DNA of 64,000 bases. It comes from the human T2T-CHM13v2.0 reference genome, Homo sapiens. Below are positions 41,807 to 57,312 of this stretch, one piece after another. The position numbers were made by a program, and so were the translations under genes. Position 1 is the first letter of the stretch, and every line of letters starts with the position of its first letter. The stretch lies in assembly GCF_009914755.1 (NCBI RefSeq), contig NC_060947.1; one strand, 5' to 3'. The notes below the pieces were generated by a model. The model worked only from the letters and a program-made list of their open reading frames with translations, ran no database searches and was not told the origin of the DNA.

Positions 41807-43468
41807 TTAAAGTCTGTTTTATCAGACACTAGCATTGCAACCCCTGCCTCTTTTTGTTTTCCATTTGCTTGGTAGATCTTCCTCCATCCTTTTATTTTGA
41901 TCCTATGTGTGTCTCTGCACATGAGATGGGTTTCCTGAATACAGCACACTGATGGGTCTTGACTCTTTATCCAATTTGCCAGTCTGTGTCTTTTAATTGG
42001 AGCATTTAGTCCATTTACATTTAAAGTTAATATTGTTATGTGTGAATTTGATCCTGTCATTATGATGTTAGCTGGTTATTTTGCTCGTTAGTTGATGCGG
42101 TTTCTTCCTAGTCTTGATGGTCTTTACATTTTGGTGTGCTTTTGCAGTGGCTGGTACCGGTTGTTCCTTTCCATGTTTAGTGCTTCCTTCAGGAGCTCTT
42201 TTAGGGCAGTCCTGGTGGTGACAAAATCTCTCAGCCTTTGCTTGTCTGTAAAGTATTTTATTTCTCCTTCACATGTGAAGCTTAGTTAGGCTGGATATGA
42301 AATTCTGGGTTGAAAATTCTTTTCTTTAAGAATGTTGAATATTGGCCCCCACTCTCTTCTGGCTTGTAGGGTTTCTGCCGAGAGATCCGCTGTTAGTCTG
42401 ATGGGCTTCCCTTTGAGGGTAACCCGACCTTTCTCTCTGGCTGCCCTTAACATTTTTTCCTTCATTTCAACTTTGGTGAATCTGACAATTATGTGTCTTG
42501 GAGTTGCTCTTCTCGAGGATTATCTTTGTGGTATTCTCTGTATTTCCTGAATCTGAATGTTGGCCTGCCTTGCTAGATTGGGGAAGTTCTCCTGGATAAT
42601 ATCCTGCAGTGTGTTTTCCAACTTGGTTCCATTCTCCCTGTCACTTTCAGGTACACCAATCAGACGTAGATTTGGTCTTTTCACATAGTCCCATATTTCT
42701 TGGAGGCTTTGCTCGTTTCTTTTTATTCTTTTTTCTCTAAACTTCCCTTCTCGCTTCATTTCATTCATTTCATCTTCCATCACTGATACCCTTTCTTCCA
42801 GTTGGTCGCATCGGCTCCTGAGGCTTCTGCATTCTTCACGTAGTTCTCGAGCCTTGGTGTTCAGCTCCATCAGCTCCTTTAAGCACTTCTCTGTACTGGT
42901 CATTCTAGCTATACATTCTTCTGAATTTTTTTCAAAGTTTTCAACTTCTTTGCCTTTGGTTTGAATGTCCTCCTGTAGGTCAGAGTAATTTGATCATCTG
43001 AAGCCTTCTCTCAGCTCGTCAAAGTCATTCTCCGTCCAGCTTTGTTCTGTTGCTGGTGAGGAACTGCGTTCCTTTGGAGGAGGAGAGGTGCTCTGCTTTT
43101 TAGAGTTTCCAGTTTTTCTGGCTGTTTTCTCCCCATCTTTGTGGTTTTATGTACTTTTGGTCTTTGATGATGGTGATGTACAGATGGGTTTTTGGTGTGG
43201 ATGTCCTTTCTCTTTGTTAGTTTTCCTTCTAACAGACAGGACCCTCAGCTGCAGGTCTGTAGGACTACCCGGCTGTGTGAGGTGTCAGTCTGCCCCTGCT
43301 GCGGGGTGCCTCCCAGTTAGGCTGCTCGGGGGTCAGGGGTCAGGAACCCACTTGAGGAGGCAGTCTGCCCATTCTCAGATCTCCAGCTGTGTGCTTGGAG
43401 AACCACTGCTCTCTTCAAAGCTGTCAGACAGGGACATTTAAGTCTGCAGAGGTTACTGCTGTCTTTTT

Positions 43469-44794
<1,326 letters not shown>

Positions 44795-44862
44795 TGAGCT
44801 GTGGTGGGCTCCACCCAGTTCGAGCTTCCCGCTTGCTTTGTTTACCTAAGCAAGCCTGGGCA

Positions 44863-45171
44863 ATGGCGGGCGCCCCTCCCCCAGCCTCGCTGCCGCCTTG
44901 CAGCTTGATCTCAGACTGCTGTGCTAGCAATCAGCGAGACTCCATGGTCATAGGACCCTCTGAGCCAGGTGCGGGATATAGTCTCCTGGTGCGCCGTTTT
45001 TTAAGCCCGTTGGAAAAGCGCAGTATTCAGGTGGGAGTGACCCGATTTTCCAGGTGCCATCTGTCACCCCTTTCTTTGACTAGGAAAGGGAACTCCTTGA
45101 CCCCTTATGCTTCCCGAGTGAGGCAATGCCTCGCCATGCTTCGGCTCGCGCACGGTGCGCACACCCACTGA
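44863..45171 (+). CDS. L1 ORF0, open and C-terminally extended (102 aa); expression unknown
   Basis: gcaATGg context, MAGAPPPASLPPCSLISDCCASNQRDS..; both splice donors retained (cag|gt at 44968/9 and 45053/4). Confidence 0.6.
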   Translation: MAGAPPPASLPPCSLISDCCASNQRDSMVIGPSEPGAGYSLLVRRFLSPLEKRSIQVGVTRFSRCHLSPLSLTRKGNSLTPYASRVRQCLAMLRLAHGAHTH

Positions 45172-45290
45172 CCTGCGCCCACTGTCTGGCACTCCCTAGT
45201 GAGATGAACCCGGTACCTCAGATGGAAATGCAGAAATCACCTGTCTTCTGCGTCGCTCACGCTGGGAGCTGTAGACTAGAGCTGTTCCTA

Positions 45291-45313
45291 TTCGGCCATC
45301 TTGGCTCCTCCCC
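45291..45313 (-). promoter_or_regulatory. L1 5'UTR start with YY1 site
   Basis: Reverse complement reads GGGGAGGAGCCAAGATGGCCGAA; several CpGs retained in 44820-45313. Confidence 0.85.
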
Positions 45314-45394
45314 GGACTTTCTAACATGGAATCAGCCTTGCAATACTAGAATAAGCCCCATGTGGTCATGGTGCATTAACCATTTTTCCTTTTT

Positions 45395-45495
45395 GTTTGT
45401 TTTGATCAAATTTTTATTGTGGTAAAATATAAATAACCTAAAACTTACTATTTTAACCATCTTTAAGTGTATACTTCAATGCCATTAAGCATATT
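45395..45495 (-). mobile_element. L1MB-like 3' terminus
   Basis: ttttattgtggtaaaatataaataacctaaaacttactattttaaccatctttaagtgtatac. Confidence 0.7.
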
Positions 45496-46172
45496 CTTTT
45501 TTTGGCTTTTATTTTAGGTTCAGGGGTACGTGTGCAGCTTCGCTACATAAGCAATCTTGTATCACAGGGGTTTGATGTACAGATTATTTCATCACACAGA
45601 TACTAAGCATATTACCAAATAGTTATTTTTCCTGCTCCTCTCCCTCCTTCCACCCTCCAACCTCTGGTAGGCCCGAGTGTGTGTTGTTCCTCTCTTTGTG
45701 CCCATATGGTCACGTCATTTAGCTCAGAATTATAAGTGAGAGCATGCAATATTTGGTTTTCTGTTTCTGTTAGTTTGCTAAGGATAATGCCCTCCAGCTC
45801 AATCCATGTTCCTGCAAAGGACATGATCTTATTCTTCTTTATGGCTGCATAGTATTCCATAGTGTATGTGTACCACATTTTCTTTATTCAAGTCTTCCAT
45901 TGATGAGCATTTAGGTTGACTCTATGTCTTTGTTATTTTGAATACTGCTGCAGTGAACACACATGAGCAGTTGTCTTTATGATAGAAAGATTTATATTCC
46001 TTTAGGTATATACCCAGTAATTGGATTGCTGGATAGAATGGTAGTTCTGTTTTTAGGTCTTTGAGGAATTTCCATACTGCTTTCCACAAAGGTTTAACTA
46101 AGTTGCACTCCCACCAACAGTATATAAGCATTCCCTTTTCTCTGCAACCTCTCCAACATCTATTTTTGACAT
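45496..46172 (-). mobile_element. Old L1PA (PA13-16-like) 3' fragment
   Basis: ttttaggttcaggggtacgtgtgcag...gtacagattatttcatcac; ORF2 C-terminus peptide 45612-45878. Confidence 0.8.
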
Positions 46173-49100
46173 TTTTCCTTTTTTTCTTCAAATTTTGCTT
46201 TAAGTTCAGGGATACATGTGCAGGATGTGCAGGTTTGTTACATAGGTAAATGTGTGCCATGGTGGTTTGCTGCATAGATCATCCCATCACCTAGGTATTA
46301 AGCCCAGCATCCATTAGCTATTCTTCCTGATGCACTTCCTCCTTCACACCCTCCTCCAACAGGCCCCAGTGTGTGTTGTTCCCCACTTGTGTCCATGTGT
46401 TCTCATCATTCAGTTCCCACTTATAAATGAGAACATGTGGTGTTTGGTTTCACATCCTGTGTTAGTTTGCTGAAGGTAATAGCTTCCACCTCCATCCATG
46501 TCCCTACAAAGGACATGATCTCATTCCTTTTTATTGTTCCATACTATTCCATGGTGTATATGTACCACATTTTTGTTATCCAGTCTATCATTGATGGGCA
46601 TTTAGGTTGATTCCTAAATGCCCATTTTCACTATTGTGAATATGCTGCAATGAACATACATGTGCATGTGTCTTTATGATAGACCAATTTATATCCTTTT
46701 GGGTATATATACAGTAATGGGATTGCTGGGTCAAATGGTATTTCTGCCCTCTAGGCCTCTGAGGAATTTTCACACTGTCTTCCACAATGGTTGAACTAAT
46801 TTACGCTCCCACCAACAGTGTAAAAGTGTTCCCTTTTATCTGCAACCTTGCCAGCATCTGTTGTTTTTTGACTTTTAAATATTAGCCATTCTGACTGGTG
46901 TGAGATGGTATCTCATTGTGGTTTTGATTTGCATTTCTCTAATGATTAGTGATGTTGAGGGTTTTGTTCATATGTTTTTTTGACTGCGTGGATGTCTTCT
47001 TTTGAAAAGTGTCTGTTCATGTCCTTTGTCCACTTTTTAATTGGGCTGTTTGCTTGTTTCTTGTAAATTTGTTTAAGTTCCTTTTAGACTCTGGATATTA
47101 GACGTTTGTCAGAAGGATAGATTGAAAAAAAAATTTCTCCCATTCTGTAGGTTGTCTGTTCACTATGATAATAGTTTCTTTGGCTGTGCAGAAGCTCTTT
47201 AGTTTAATTAGGTCCCATTTGTCAATTTTTGCTTTTGTTGCAATTGCTTTTGGTGTCTTCATCATGAAACCTTTGCCCATGCCTATGTCATGAATAGTAT
47301 TGCCTAGAACTTTTTCTATGGTTTTTATGGTTTTTACATTTAAGTCTTTAATCCATCTCGAATTAAGTTTTGTATATGGTGTAAGGAAGGAGAACAGTTT
47401 TATTTTTCAGCATATGGCTAGCCAGCTCTTCCAGCACCATTTATTAAATAGGGAATACTTTCCCCATTGCTTGTTTTTGTCAGGTTTGTCAAAGATCTAT
47501 GGTTGTAGGCATGCCACCTCCTTTCTGGGCTCTCTATTCTGTTCCATTGGTTTATGTGCCTGTTTTTGTACCAGTACCATGCGCTTTGGTTACTGTATCC
47601 CTATAGTATATTTTGAATTCAGGTAGTGTTAGGTCACCCACTTTGTTGTTTTGCTTAGGATTGCCTTGGCTATTTGGGCTCCTTTTTGTTTTCATGTGAA
47701 TTTTAAAATAGTTTTTCTAATTCTGTGAAGAATGCCATTGGAAATTTTGTAAGGATAGCATTACATCTGTAAATTGCTTTGGGCAGTATGGACTTGTTAA
47801 CAATATCGATTCATCCTACTCATGAGCATGGAATATTTTTCCATTTGTTTGTCTCGTCTCTATTTCTTTGAGCTGTGTCTTTGTAATTCTCATTGCATAG
47901 TTCTTACACTTCCTTGGTCAGCTGAATTCCTATGTATTTTATTCTTTTTTATGTCTATTGTGAATGGGATTGCATTCTTGATTTGGATCTTGGCTTGGCT
48001 CTTGTTGGTGTATAAGAATGCTAGTGATTTTCATACATTGATTTTGTATCCTGCTACGTAGCTGAAGTTGTTTATCAGTTTAAGGAACTTTAGGATTGAG
48101 ACTATGGGGTTTTCATGATGATATGGAATCATGTTATCTGCAAACAGGGATAGTTTGACTTCCTCTCCTCCTATTTGGATATGTTTTATTCCTTTCCATT
48201 GCCTGATTGCTCTGACCAGGACTTTACATACTATTTTGAATAGGAGTGGTGAGAGAAGGCAACCTTGTCTTCTGCCAGCGTTCAAGGGAACTGCTTCCAG
48301 CTTTTGCCCATTCGGTATCACGTTGTCTATGGGTTTGTCATTGATGTTTCTTAATTTTTTGAGGTATGTTTCTTGAATACCTAGTTTTTTGAGAGTTTTT
48401 AACATGAAGAGGTGTTGAATGTTATTGAAAGCCTTTTCTGCATCTATTGAAGTGATCATGTGATTTTTGTCTTTAACTCTGTTGATGTGGTGAATCACAT
48501 TTATTGACTTGCCTGTGTTGAACCAACCTTGTATTCCAGGGATAAAGCCTACTTGATTGTAGGGGATAAGTTTTTGATGTGATACTGGTTGCATTTTGCT
48601 AGTATTTTATTGAGGATCTTTGCATCAATGTTTATCAAAGATATTGGCCTGAGGTTTTCTTTTTCTGTTGTGTCTCTTGCAAAGTTTTGCTATCAGGTTG
48701 ATAACTTATAGAATGAGTTAGTGAGAAGTCGCTCCTCCTCAATTTTTTGGAAGAGTTTCAGTAGAAATGATACCAGTTCTTCTTTGTACATCTGGTAGAA
48801 TTTGGCTCTGAATCAATCTGGTCCAGGGCTTTTATTGGGTGTAGGCTATTTATTACTGATTAAATTTCAGAGCCCATTATTGGTTTGTTCAATGATTGAA
48901 TTTCTTCATGGTTCAGTCTTTAAATGGCATATGTGTCCAGGAATTTATCAGTTTCTCCTAGATTTTCTAGTTTCTATGCATAGAGCTGTTCATAATAGTG
49001 TCTGACAATTATTTGTATTTCTATATGGCTAGTGGTTATATCTCCTTTGTCATTCTTGATTGTGTTTATTTGGTTCTTCTGTTTTTATACTGTATTATTC

Positions 49101-50232
49101 TACAAGTAGTCTATCATTAATTTTTTTTGAAAAACCACTCAGCTTCTGAATTTATTGATCTTTCTAATGTTTATTTTGTGTCTCAATCTCCTTTAGTTCA
49201 GCTCTGATTTTGTTTATTTCTTGTCTTCTGCTCACTTTGGGGTCAGTTTTTCTCTTTCTTCTCTGGTTCTTTTTGTTGTGATGTTAGGTTAATTTGAGAT
49301 CTTTCTAACCTTTTCATGTGGCTATTTAGTGCTACAAATTTTCCTCTTAACAGTGCCTTAGCTGTGTTCCAGAGATTCTGGTACATTGTATCTTTGTTTT
49401 CATTAGTTTCAAAGAACATCTTGATTTCTTCCTTAAATTCATTATTTACCCAAAAGTCATTCAGAAGCAGGCTGTTTAATTTCCATGTAATTATGTGATT
49501 TTGAGCAATTTTCTTAGTCTTGAATTCTATTTTTATTGCACTGTGGTCTGTGAGAATGGTTGGTATAGTTTTTGTTATTTTGCATTTGCTGAGGATTGTT
49601 TTATGTCTGACTGTGTGGTCAATTTTAGAGTATGTGCCATGTGCAGATGAGAAGAATGTATATTCTGTTGTTTTAGGGTAGAGAGTCCTATAGATGTCTG
49701 TCAGATCCATTTGGTCCAGTGTTGAAATCAGGTCCTGAATATATTTGTTAATTTTCTGCCTTGATGATCTAAGATTGTCAGTGGATTGTTGAAGTCTCCC
49801 ACTATTATTGTGTGGGATTCTATGTCTTTTTGAAGGTCTCTAAAACTTGCTTTATAAATCTGAGTGTTCTTGTTTTGCATGCATATATATTTAGGATAGT
49901 TAGGTCTTCTGGTTCAAGAAGACCTTTACCATTATGTAATATCCTTCTTTCTTTGTCTTTTTTGATCTTTGTTGATTTAAAGTCTGTCTTATCTGAAATT
50001 AGAATTGCAACCCCTGATTTTTCTGTTTTCCATTTGCTTGGTAGATTTTTCTCCATTCCTTTATTTTGAGCCAATGTTTGTCATTGCATGTGAGATGGGT
50101 CTCTTGAAGACAGCATACTATTGGGTCTTGCTTCCTTATCCAGCTTGCCCCTCTGTGCCTTTTAGTTAGGGCGTTTAGCCCATTTACATTGAAGGTTAAT
50201 ATTGATATGTGTGGATTTAATCCTGTCATCAT
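46173..50232 (-). mobile_element. Old L1PA (PA10-13-like), 3'UTR plus the whole degenerate ORF2, ending at the ORF2 start
   Basis: Peptides 48031-48594 (RT), 49243-49710 (EN), 49999-50232 MMTGLNPHISILTFNVNGLN. Confidence 0.88.
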
Positions 50233-50351
50233 TAATTATATTTTATGTTGCTGGATTCAACTCACCAATATTTCGTTGAGTGTTTTCAGGTCTAGGTTCA
50301 TGAAAAAATACTGGTTGACATTTTCTTTTCCTGTATTGTCTTCATCTGGCC

Positions 50352-52244
50352 TTTTTAAAATTAATTTTTAATTTTTGGGGTACATGGTAGGCATATATCT
50401 TTATGGGCTACATGAGATATTTTGATACAGATGTGTATTGTGTATTAATCACATCAGGGTGAATGGATCTTGCTCAGTCTTTCTAAATAATTTTTGTACT
50501 CGATAACCATCCCCACTTTTCCTCACCCACTACGTTTCTCATCCTCTGATAACTATCCTTCTACTCTCTATGTTCATCAGTTCAATTATTTTAAATTTTA
50601 GCTCCAACAAATATGTGTGAACAGGCGAAGCTTGTCTTTCTGGCTTATTTCACTTAACACTTAAAAATGACATCACGATTAACAAATGACAGGATCTCTT
50701 TCTTTTTATGGCTGAATTGTACTCCGTTGCATATACATACCACACTTTCATTATCCATTCATCTGTTGATAGACAGTTTGCTTCCAAATCTTGGCAATTG
50801 TCAATAGTGCTGCAGTAAACATCGGAGTGCAGATATATCTTTGATATACTGATTTCCTTTCTTTTGGTTATATACCTAGTACTGGGATTGCTGGATTATA
50901 TGGTAGCCCTATTTTTAGTTTTGTGAGGAACTTACAAACTCTTCTGATTGTACTAATTTACACTTCCAGCAACAGTGTACAAGTGTTCCCTTTTCTCCAC
51001 ATCCTCGCCAGCAGTTGTTATTGCCTATCTTTTGGATACAAGACATTTTCACTGGGGTAAGAGGATATCTCATTGTAGTTTTGATTTTAATTTCTGTGAT
51101 GATCAGTGATGTTGAGCACCTTTTCATATACCTGTTTGCCATTTGTGTGTCTTCTTTTGAGAAATGTCTATTCATATTTTCTGTCCATTTTTAAATTGGA
51201 TTATTTGATTTATTCCTATAGAGTTGTTTGGCTCCTTATATGTTCTCGCTATTAATCCCTTGTCAAACAGATAGCTTGCAAACATTTTCTACCATTATGT
51301 GGGTTGTCTGTTCACTTTGTTGATTATTTCCTTTGCTGTGCAGACAGTTTTTTACTTCATGTAATCCCATTTGATCATTTTTGCTTTGATTGCCGGTGCT
51401 TGTGGGGTATTATTTGAGAAATATTTGCCCAGCTCAATGTCCTGGAAAGTTTCCCCAATGTTTTTATAGTAGTTTCATAGTTTAAGGTCTTAGATATAAG
51501 TCCTTAATCTATTTTGATTTGATTTTTGTAGAAGTCTAGTTTCATTCTTCTGCATAAGTATATTCAGTTTTTCCAGTACCATTTATTAAAGAGACAGTCC
51601 TTTCCCCAGTTTATGTTCTTGGCAACATTGTCAAAAATGACTTTACTGTTGATGTATATATTTGTTCTGGGTTCTCTATCCTGTTCCATTTGTCTATGTC
51701 TCTGTTTTTATATCAGTACCATGTCTTTTTTTTTTTTTTGCTATAGTTCTGTAATATAATTTGAAGTTAGGTAATGTGATTCCTAGAGTTTTTTTATGTT
51801 TTTTTTTTTTTTTTTTTTCCCCTCAGGATAGATTTGGCTATTCTGGGTCTTTTGTGGTTACATATAAATTTTAGGATTTATTTTTTCTGTTTTTGTGAAG
51901 ATTGCCATTAGTGTTTTGACAGAGAGTGTTTCGAATCTGTAGATTGATTTGGGTAGTATGGACATGTTAACAATATTGATTCCTCCAATCCATAAATATG
52001 CGATATATTTGCATTGTTTCATGTCCTCTTTAATTTCTTTCATCTATGTTTTATAGGTTTAATTGTAGAGATCTTTCACTTCTTTGGTTAATTCCTAGGT
52101 ATTATATTTTATTTGTAATTACTGAAAAAGTGACAACTTTCTTAATCTCTTTTTCAGATTGTTCACTGTTGCCATATAGAAATGCTACTAAATGTGTATG
52201 TTGATTTTGTATCCTGAAACTTTATTAAATTTATCAGTTCTGAT
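50352..52244 (-). mobile_element. L1MA2/3-like, 5' truncated
   Basis: ttttggggtacatggtaggcatatatctttatgggctacatgagatattttgatacag 3' end; ORF2 peptides 50915-51175, 51858-52043. Confidence 0.82.
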
Positions 52245-55205
52245 AAATGAAAGAAGAGACATTAAAACTGATACCACATAAATGCAAAGGATCATAAGAG
52301 GCTATTGTAAATAATTATCTGCCAAAAATGGATAACCTAGAAGAAATGGATAAAGTACTAGACACACACCAGACCAATAATAAGTGAGGAGATTTAATCA
52401 GTAACAAAAATTCTTCAATCAAAGAGAAGCCCAGGACCTGATGGCTTCACAGCTAAATTCTAAAAAACATTTAAAGAACTAATACCAATTCTCCACCAAC
52501 TTCCAAAAAATCAAAGAGAAGGCAACACTTCCAAATCTTTTTTACAAGACCAGCATTACCCTGATACCAAAGCCAGACAGACACCACAAGAAAAGAAAAC
52601 TACAGGACAATGTCCTTGATGAACATAGGTGCAAAAATCTTCAACAAAATGCTAGCAAACAAAATTCAACAACACATTAACAGGATCACTCACCATGATT
52701 AAGTGAGATTTATCACTGGAATACACGGATGGTTCAATATACAAAAATCAATAAACATGATATACCACATTAAAAGAATGAAAGAGAAAAATGATATTAT
52801 CATCTCATTAGATGCAGAAAAATGTATGGGACAAAAGTCAACATCCCTTCATGATAAAAACTCTCAACAAATAAGGTATAGGAGAAATGTACCTGAACAC
52901 AATAAAGGCCATATACAATAAACCCATGAAAACATCATACTGAACAGGGCAAAGTTGAAAGCTTTTTCCTGAAGATCCAGATAAGACAAGGATGCCCACT
53001 CTCTCCACTTTGATTCAACAACTATTGTAAGTTCTTAACTTAGCAATAAGGCAAGAAAAAATAAATAAATGGCATCCAAATTTGAAAAGAAGAAGTAAAA
53101 TGTTGCTGTTTACTGATTACACAATTTTATATATAGAAAACTCTGAAGATTCTGCTAAAAATCCTGTTAGAATTGGTGAACAGATTCAGTAGAGTTGCAG
53201 GGTACAAAATCAACATACAAAAATCAGTAGTGTTTCTATAGACTAACAATAAACTTTCTATAAAATAAATAAAGAAAATAATCCCATTTATTATAGCAAC
53301 AAAAAATGAGAATAAATTTAACCAAGGAGGTGAAAGATGTGTCCATTGAAAACTATAAAACATTAATGAAAGAAATTGAATAAGATACAAATAAATAAAA
53401 AGATATCTTGTGTTCATCAATTGGAAGAATTAAAATTGTTAAAATGTCCAAACTACCAAAGTGTCTACAGATTCAATGCAATCCCTAACAAAACTCCAAT
53501 GGCATTTTTTATAGAAACAGAAAAAATTCCTAAAATTCAGATAGAACCATAATAAGCTCCAAATTGCAAGGCAGCTATGAACAAAAAGAACGAAGCTGAA
53601 AGCATCAAACTATACATCAAAGAGATAGTAATTAAAACAGCATAGTACTGGCATAAAAAAATAGGCACAATGACTAACGGAAGAAAATAAAGGGCCCAGA
53701 AATGCACTCACACATCTACAGACAAGTGATTTTTGACAAAGGTGCCAAGAATATACATATAGGAAAAGGATTGCTTCTTCCATAATGTTGGGAAAACTGG
53801 ATGTCCATATGCAAAACAATAAAATTGGGTCCTTAACTGACATCATATACAAAATCAACCCAAAATAGATTGCAGACTTAAACATAAGACCTGAAAACAT
53901 AAGACCTTAAGCATAAAACTACTAGAGAAAAACATAGGGCAGGAAACTGTGTAACATTGGTCTGGGCAATATTTTTTTAGATATGACCCCAAAAGCACAA
54001 GAAACAAAAGCAAAAATACACCAAGAGGATTACATCAAAATAAAAAGTGTCTGCACAACAAAGGAAACAAAACTGAAAGGACAACCTATGGTTTGGGAAA
54101 AATATTTGCAAGTCATATATTTGAAAAGGAATTAATATCCAAAATATATAAGGAACTCAACTCTACAGTATGAAAACAAATAATTCAATTAAGAAATGGG
54201 CAAAAGACCGGAATACACATTTCTCAAAAGAAGGCATACAAATAGCTAACAACTAAATGAAAATGCTCAACATCATTGATCATTAGGGAGATACAAATTA
54301 AAACCACAGTGAGATATCACCTCATACCTGTTAAAAAGGCTGTTATCCAAAAGATGAAAGATAAGTCTGGGCAAAGGTATAGAGTAAGGAGAATGTTTGT
54401 ATACTGTTGATGATAATGTAAATTAGTACAGCCATGAAAAAAGTACAAAGTTTCCTCAAAAAACTGAAAGAATTTGCATATAATCCAGCAATCTCACCTC
54501 TGGGTATTTACCTGAAAGATTTGAAATCAGTATGTTGAAGACATGTCTGCACTCTGATGTTCACTGCAGCACTATTCACAATAACCAAGTTATGAAATCA
54601 CCTAAGTTTTCATCAAGGAATGAATTAATAAATAAATTGTAGTATATATAGACAGTAGAATATTTTTCAGCCATAAAAAAGAAGAAATTCTGTCATTTAT
54701 GATGACATGAATGAAATTGGAGAATACTATGCTAAGCACAATAAACCAAACCCAGAAAAACAGTTCATATGTGCAAACTAAAACAATTAAACTCAAAGAA
54801 GCAGAGTATAGTATGATGGCTACCAGAGGAAGAGGGTGAGGGAAATAGGGAAATTTTAATAAAGGGTACATAGCTTCAGTTAGATAGGAGGAATTAGCTT
54901 GATTTTTTTAGAGCTATTCACAGTGCAATAAATACAGCTAATAAGTAATGCACACTTCAATATTACTAAAAGTAAATTTCAAATGTTCTCATTGTACAAA
55001 ATGTTTGATATTTGAGGTGAGGTGTTGAATATGTTAAATAGCTTGATTCAATCATTTCACATTGTATTCAAACGTCATAATATTACTTGTTACTTCATAA
55101 ATATATACACCTATAATTTCAATACATTAATACAAGAAATACATTAATACAACAAAAATCAACACATTAATACATTAATACAATACATTAATACGAGAAA
55201 AATTT
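52245..55205 (+). mobile_element. L1MA5-7-like, 5' truncated
   Basis: ORF2 linker/RT remnant (52703-52921 ..[13 protein letters not shown]..); 3'UTR gggtacatagcttcagttagataggaggaat...tttcaaatgttctca. Confidence 0.82.
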
Positions 55206-56368
55206 TAAAAGATATTGAACAATTCATGTTGTCTATTTATTCTTTTAATCTTGGATAAAGTTTAATAGTTCATGGGTTTCAAGGAATTGGTCCATTTCAA
55301 CTAACCTGAATTTCTTTGCATAGTATTCTTCATTTTATTTTCTTATTTTGTTTTTAATGTTTGTAAACTCTCTACTGATATCCCCTTCTTTTATATGAGA
55401 TATTGTTGACTTATGTCTCTTTCTATTTCTCTCTGTCAGTTTGGCTAGAAGTTTATTGGTTGTATTGAACTTTTCAAAGAGCTAGCTTTTGGTTTCCTTA
55501 AACTTTCTCAATTTCATTGATTTCTGCTTTTTTTCATTATTATTTCCTTTCTTCTACAGCTTTGGGTTGATTTGAGGTGTTTTCTTCTTTGGTAGTATTA
55601 GCATTAAAAATATAAATTTCCCTCTGAGCACTGCTTTAGCTGCATTGCACAACATTGACATGCTGTATTTTCTTTTCTTCATTGAAAATATTTTCTAATT
55701 TTATTTGAGACATTTTCTTTGACCCACGAGTTATTTATAATTGTTTTGTTTACTTTCTAAGGATTTGGAGATTTTCCAATTATTTTTCTACTATCAATTT
55801 CTAGTTAATTCTATTGTGGTCAGAAAAAAATTCATTGTTGGATTTCAATTCTCTTTAATTTCTTAAAGTTTATTTTCTGATTCAGCATATGGTCTATCTT
55901 AGTGAATGTTCCATGTTTATTTGTAAAGAATGTGTATTGTACTGTTGTTGTATAAAGTGTTTTATAAATTTCTATTATATCTAGTTGGTTGACGATGTTT
56001 AAATTTTCTATATCCTTGCTGATTTTCTGAGTACTTCTCTGAATTACTGAAAAATGAAAGTTGGAAGTCTCCAACTATAATTGTGAAATTTTGTATTTCT
56101 TCTTTCATTTTTACGAGCTATTGCTTTATTTGTTTTGAAACTCTGTTGTTAAATGCATAGGCATTTAGGATTGTTATATCTTCTTGGTGAATTGACCCCT
56201 TTATCATTACATAATGTCTCTCTGTATCCTGGGTAAGTTCTTTACTCTGAAGTCTAGTTGAGTTGGTATTAAATATAGCCACTCCAGCTTTCTTTTGAAG
56301 AGTGTTTGCATGCTATATTTTTCCCATAATTTCCTTTTGAACTACCTACATCATTATATATAAAGTAG

Positions 56369-56721
<353 letters not shown>

Positions 56722-57312
56722 TAAAGTAGCTTTTTTTATAGGTAGCACATAGGTGGATTGTGTTATTTTATCCGCTCTGCCAAACTTTGTCTTTTAATTA
56801 ATGTGTTTAGGTCATTTACCATTAATGTAATTATAGATATGTTTGAATTTAAATCTACTTTTCAATGATGTTTCAGTTTTTTGAATTCCTGTTTCTTATT
56901 CCTTGCCATCTTTTAGATTATTTGATTTTAAAATTCAACTCTAATGTATCTGTTGGCTTTTTGTGTGTGCTTATTTTTTACTGTATCTCTTTGTATAGTT
57001 TCTCCTGGACACACTGGGAATTAAACTATACATAATTACTTTTTCACAGTTTATTTACCTCTTCAGGTGAAATGTAGAGCTCTTATTACCCTATAGGTCA
57101 CTTTACCCTCCCCCCTTTTTGTTGTAGATGTAGTTGTATTACATCTACATACATTAAAGTCTACATACATTACATCTACATACATTAAAGTACGTGTATA
57201 ATTTTGTATTTTAACCAAACATTTTAAGTACTTAAGAAGACAAAAATTATCTGCTATATTTACCCAGATGTTTACCATTTCTATTGCTCTTCCTTCATTC
57301 CTGATATTCCAG

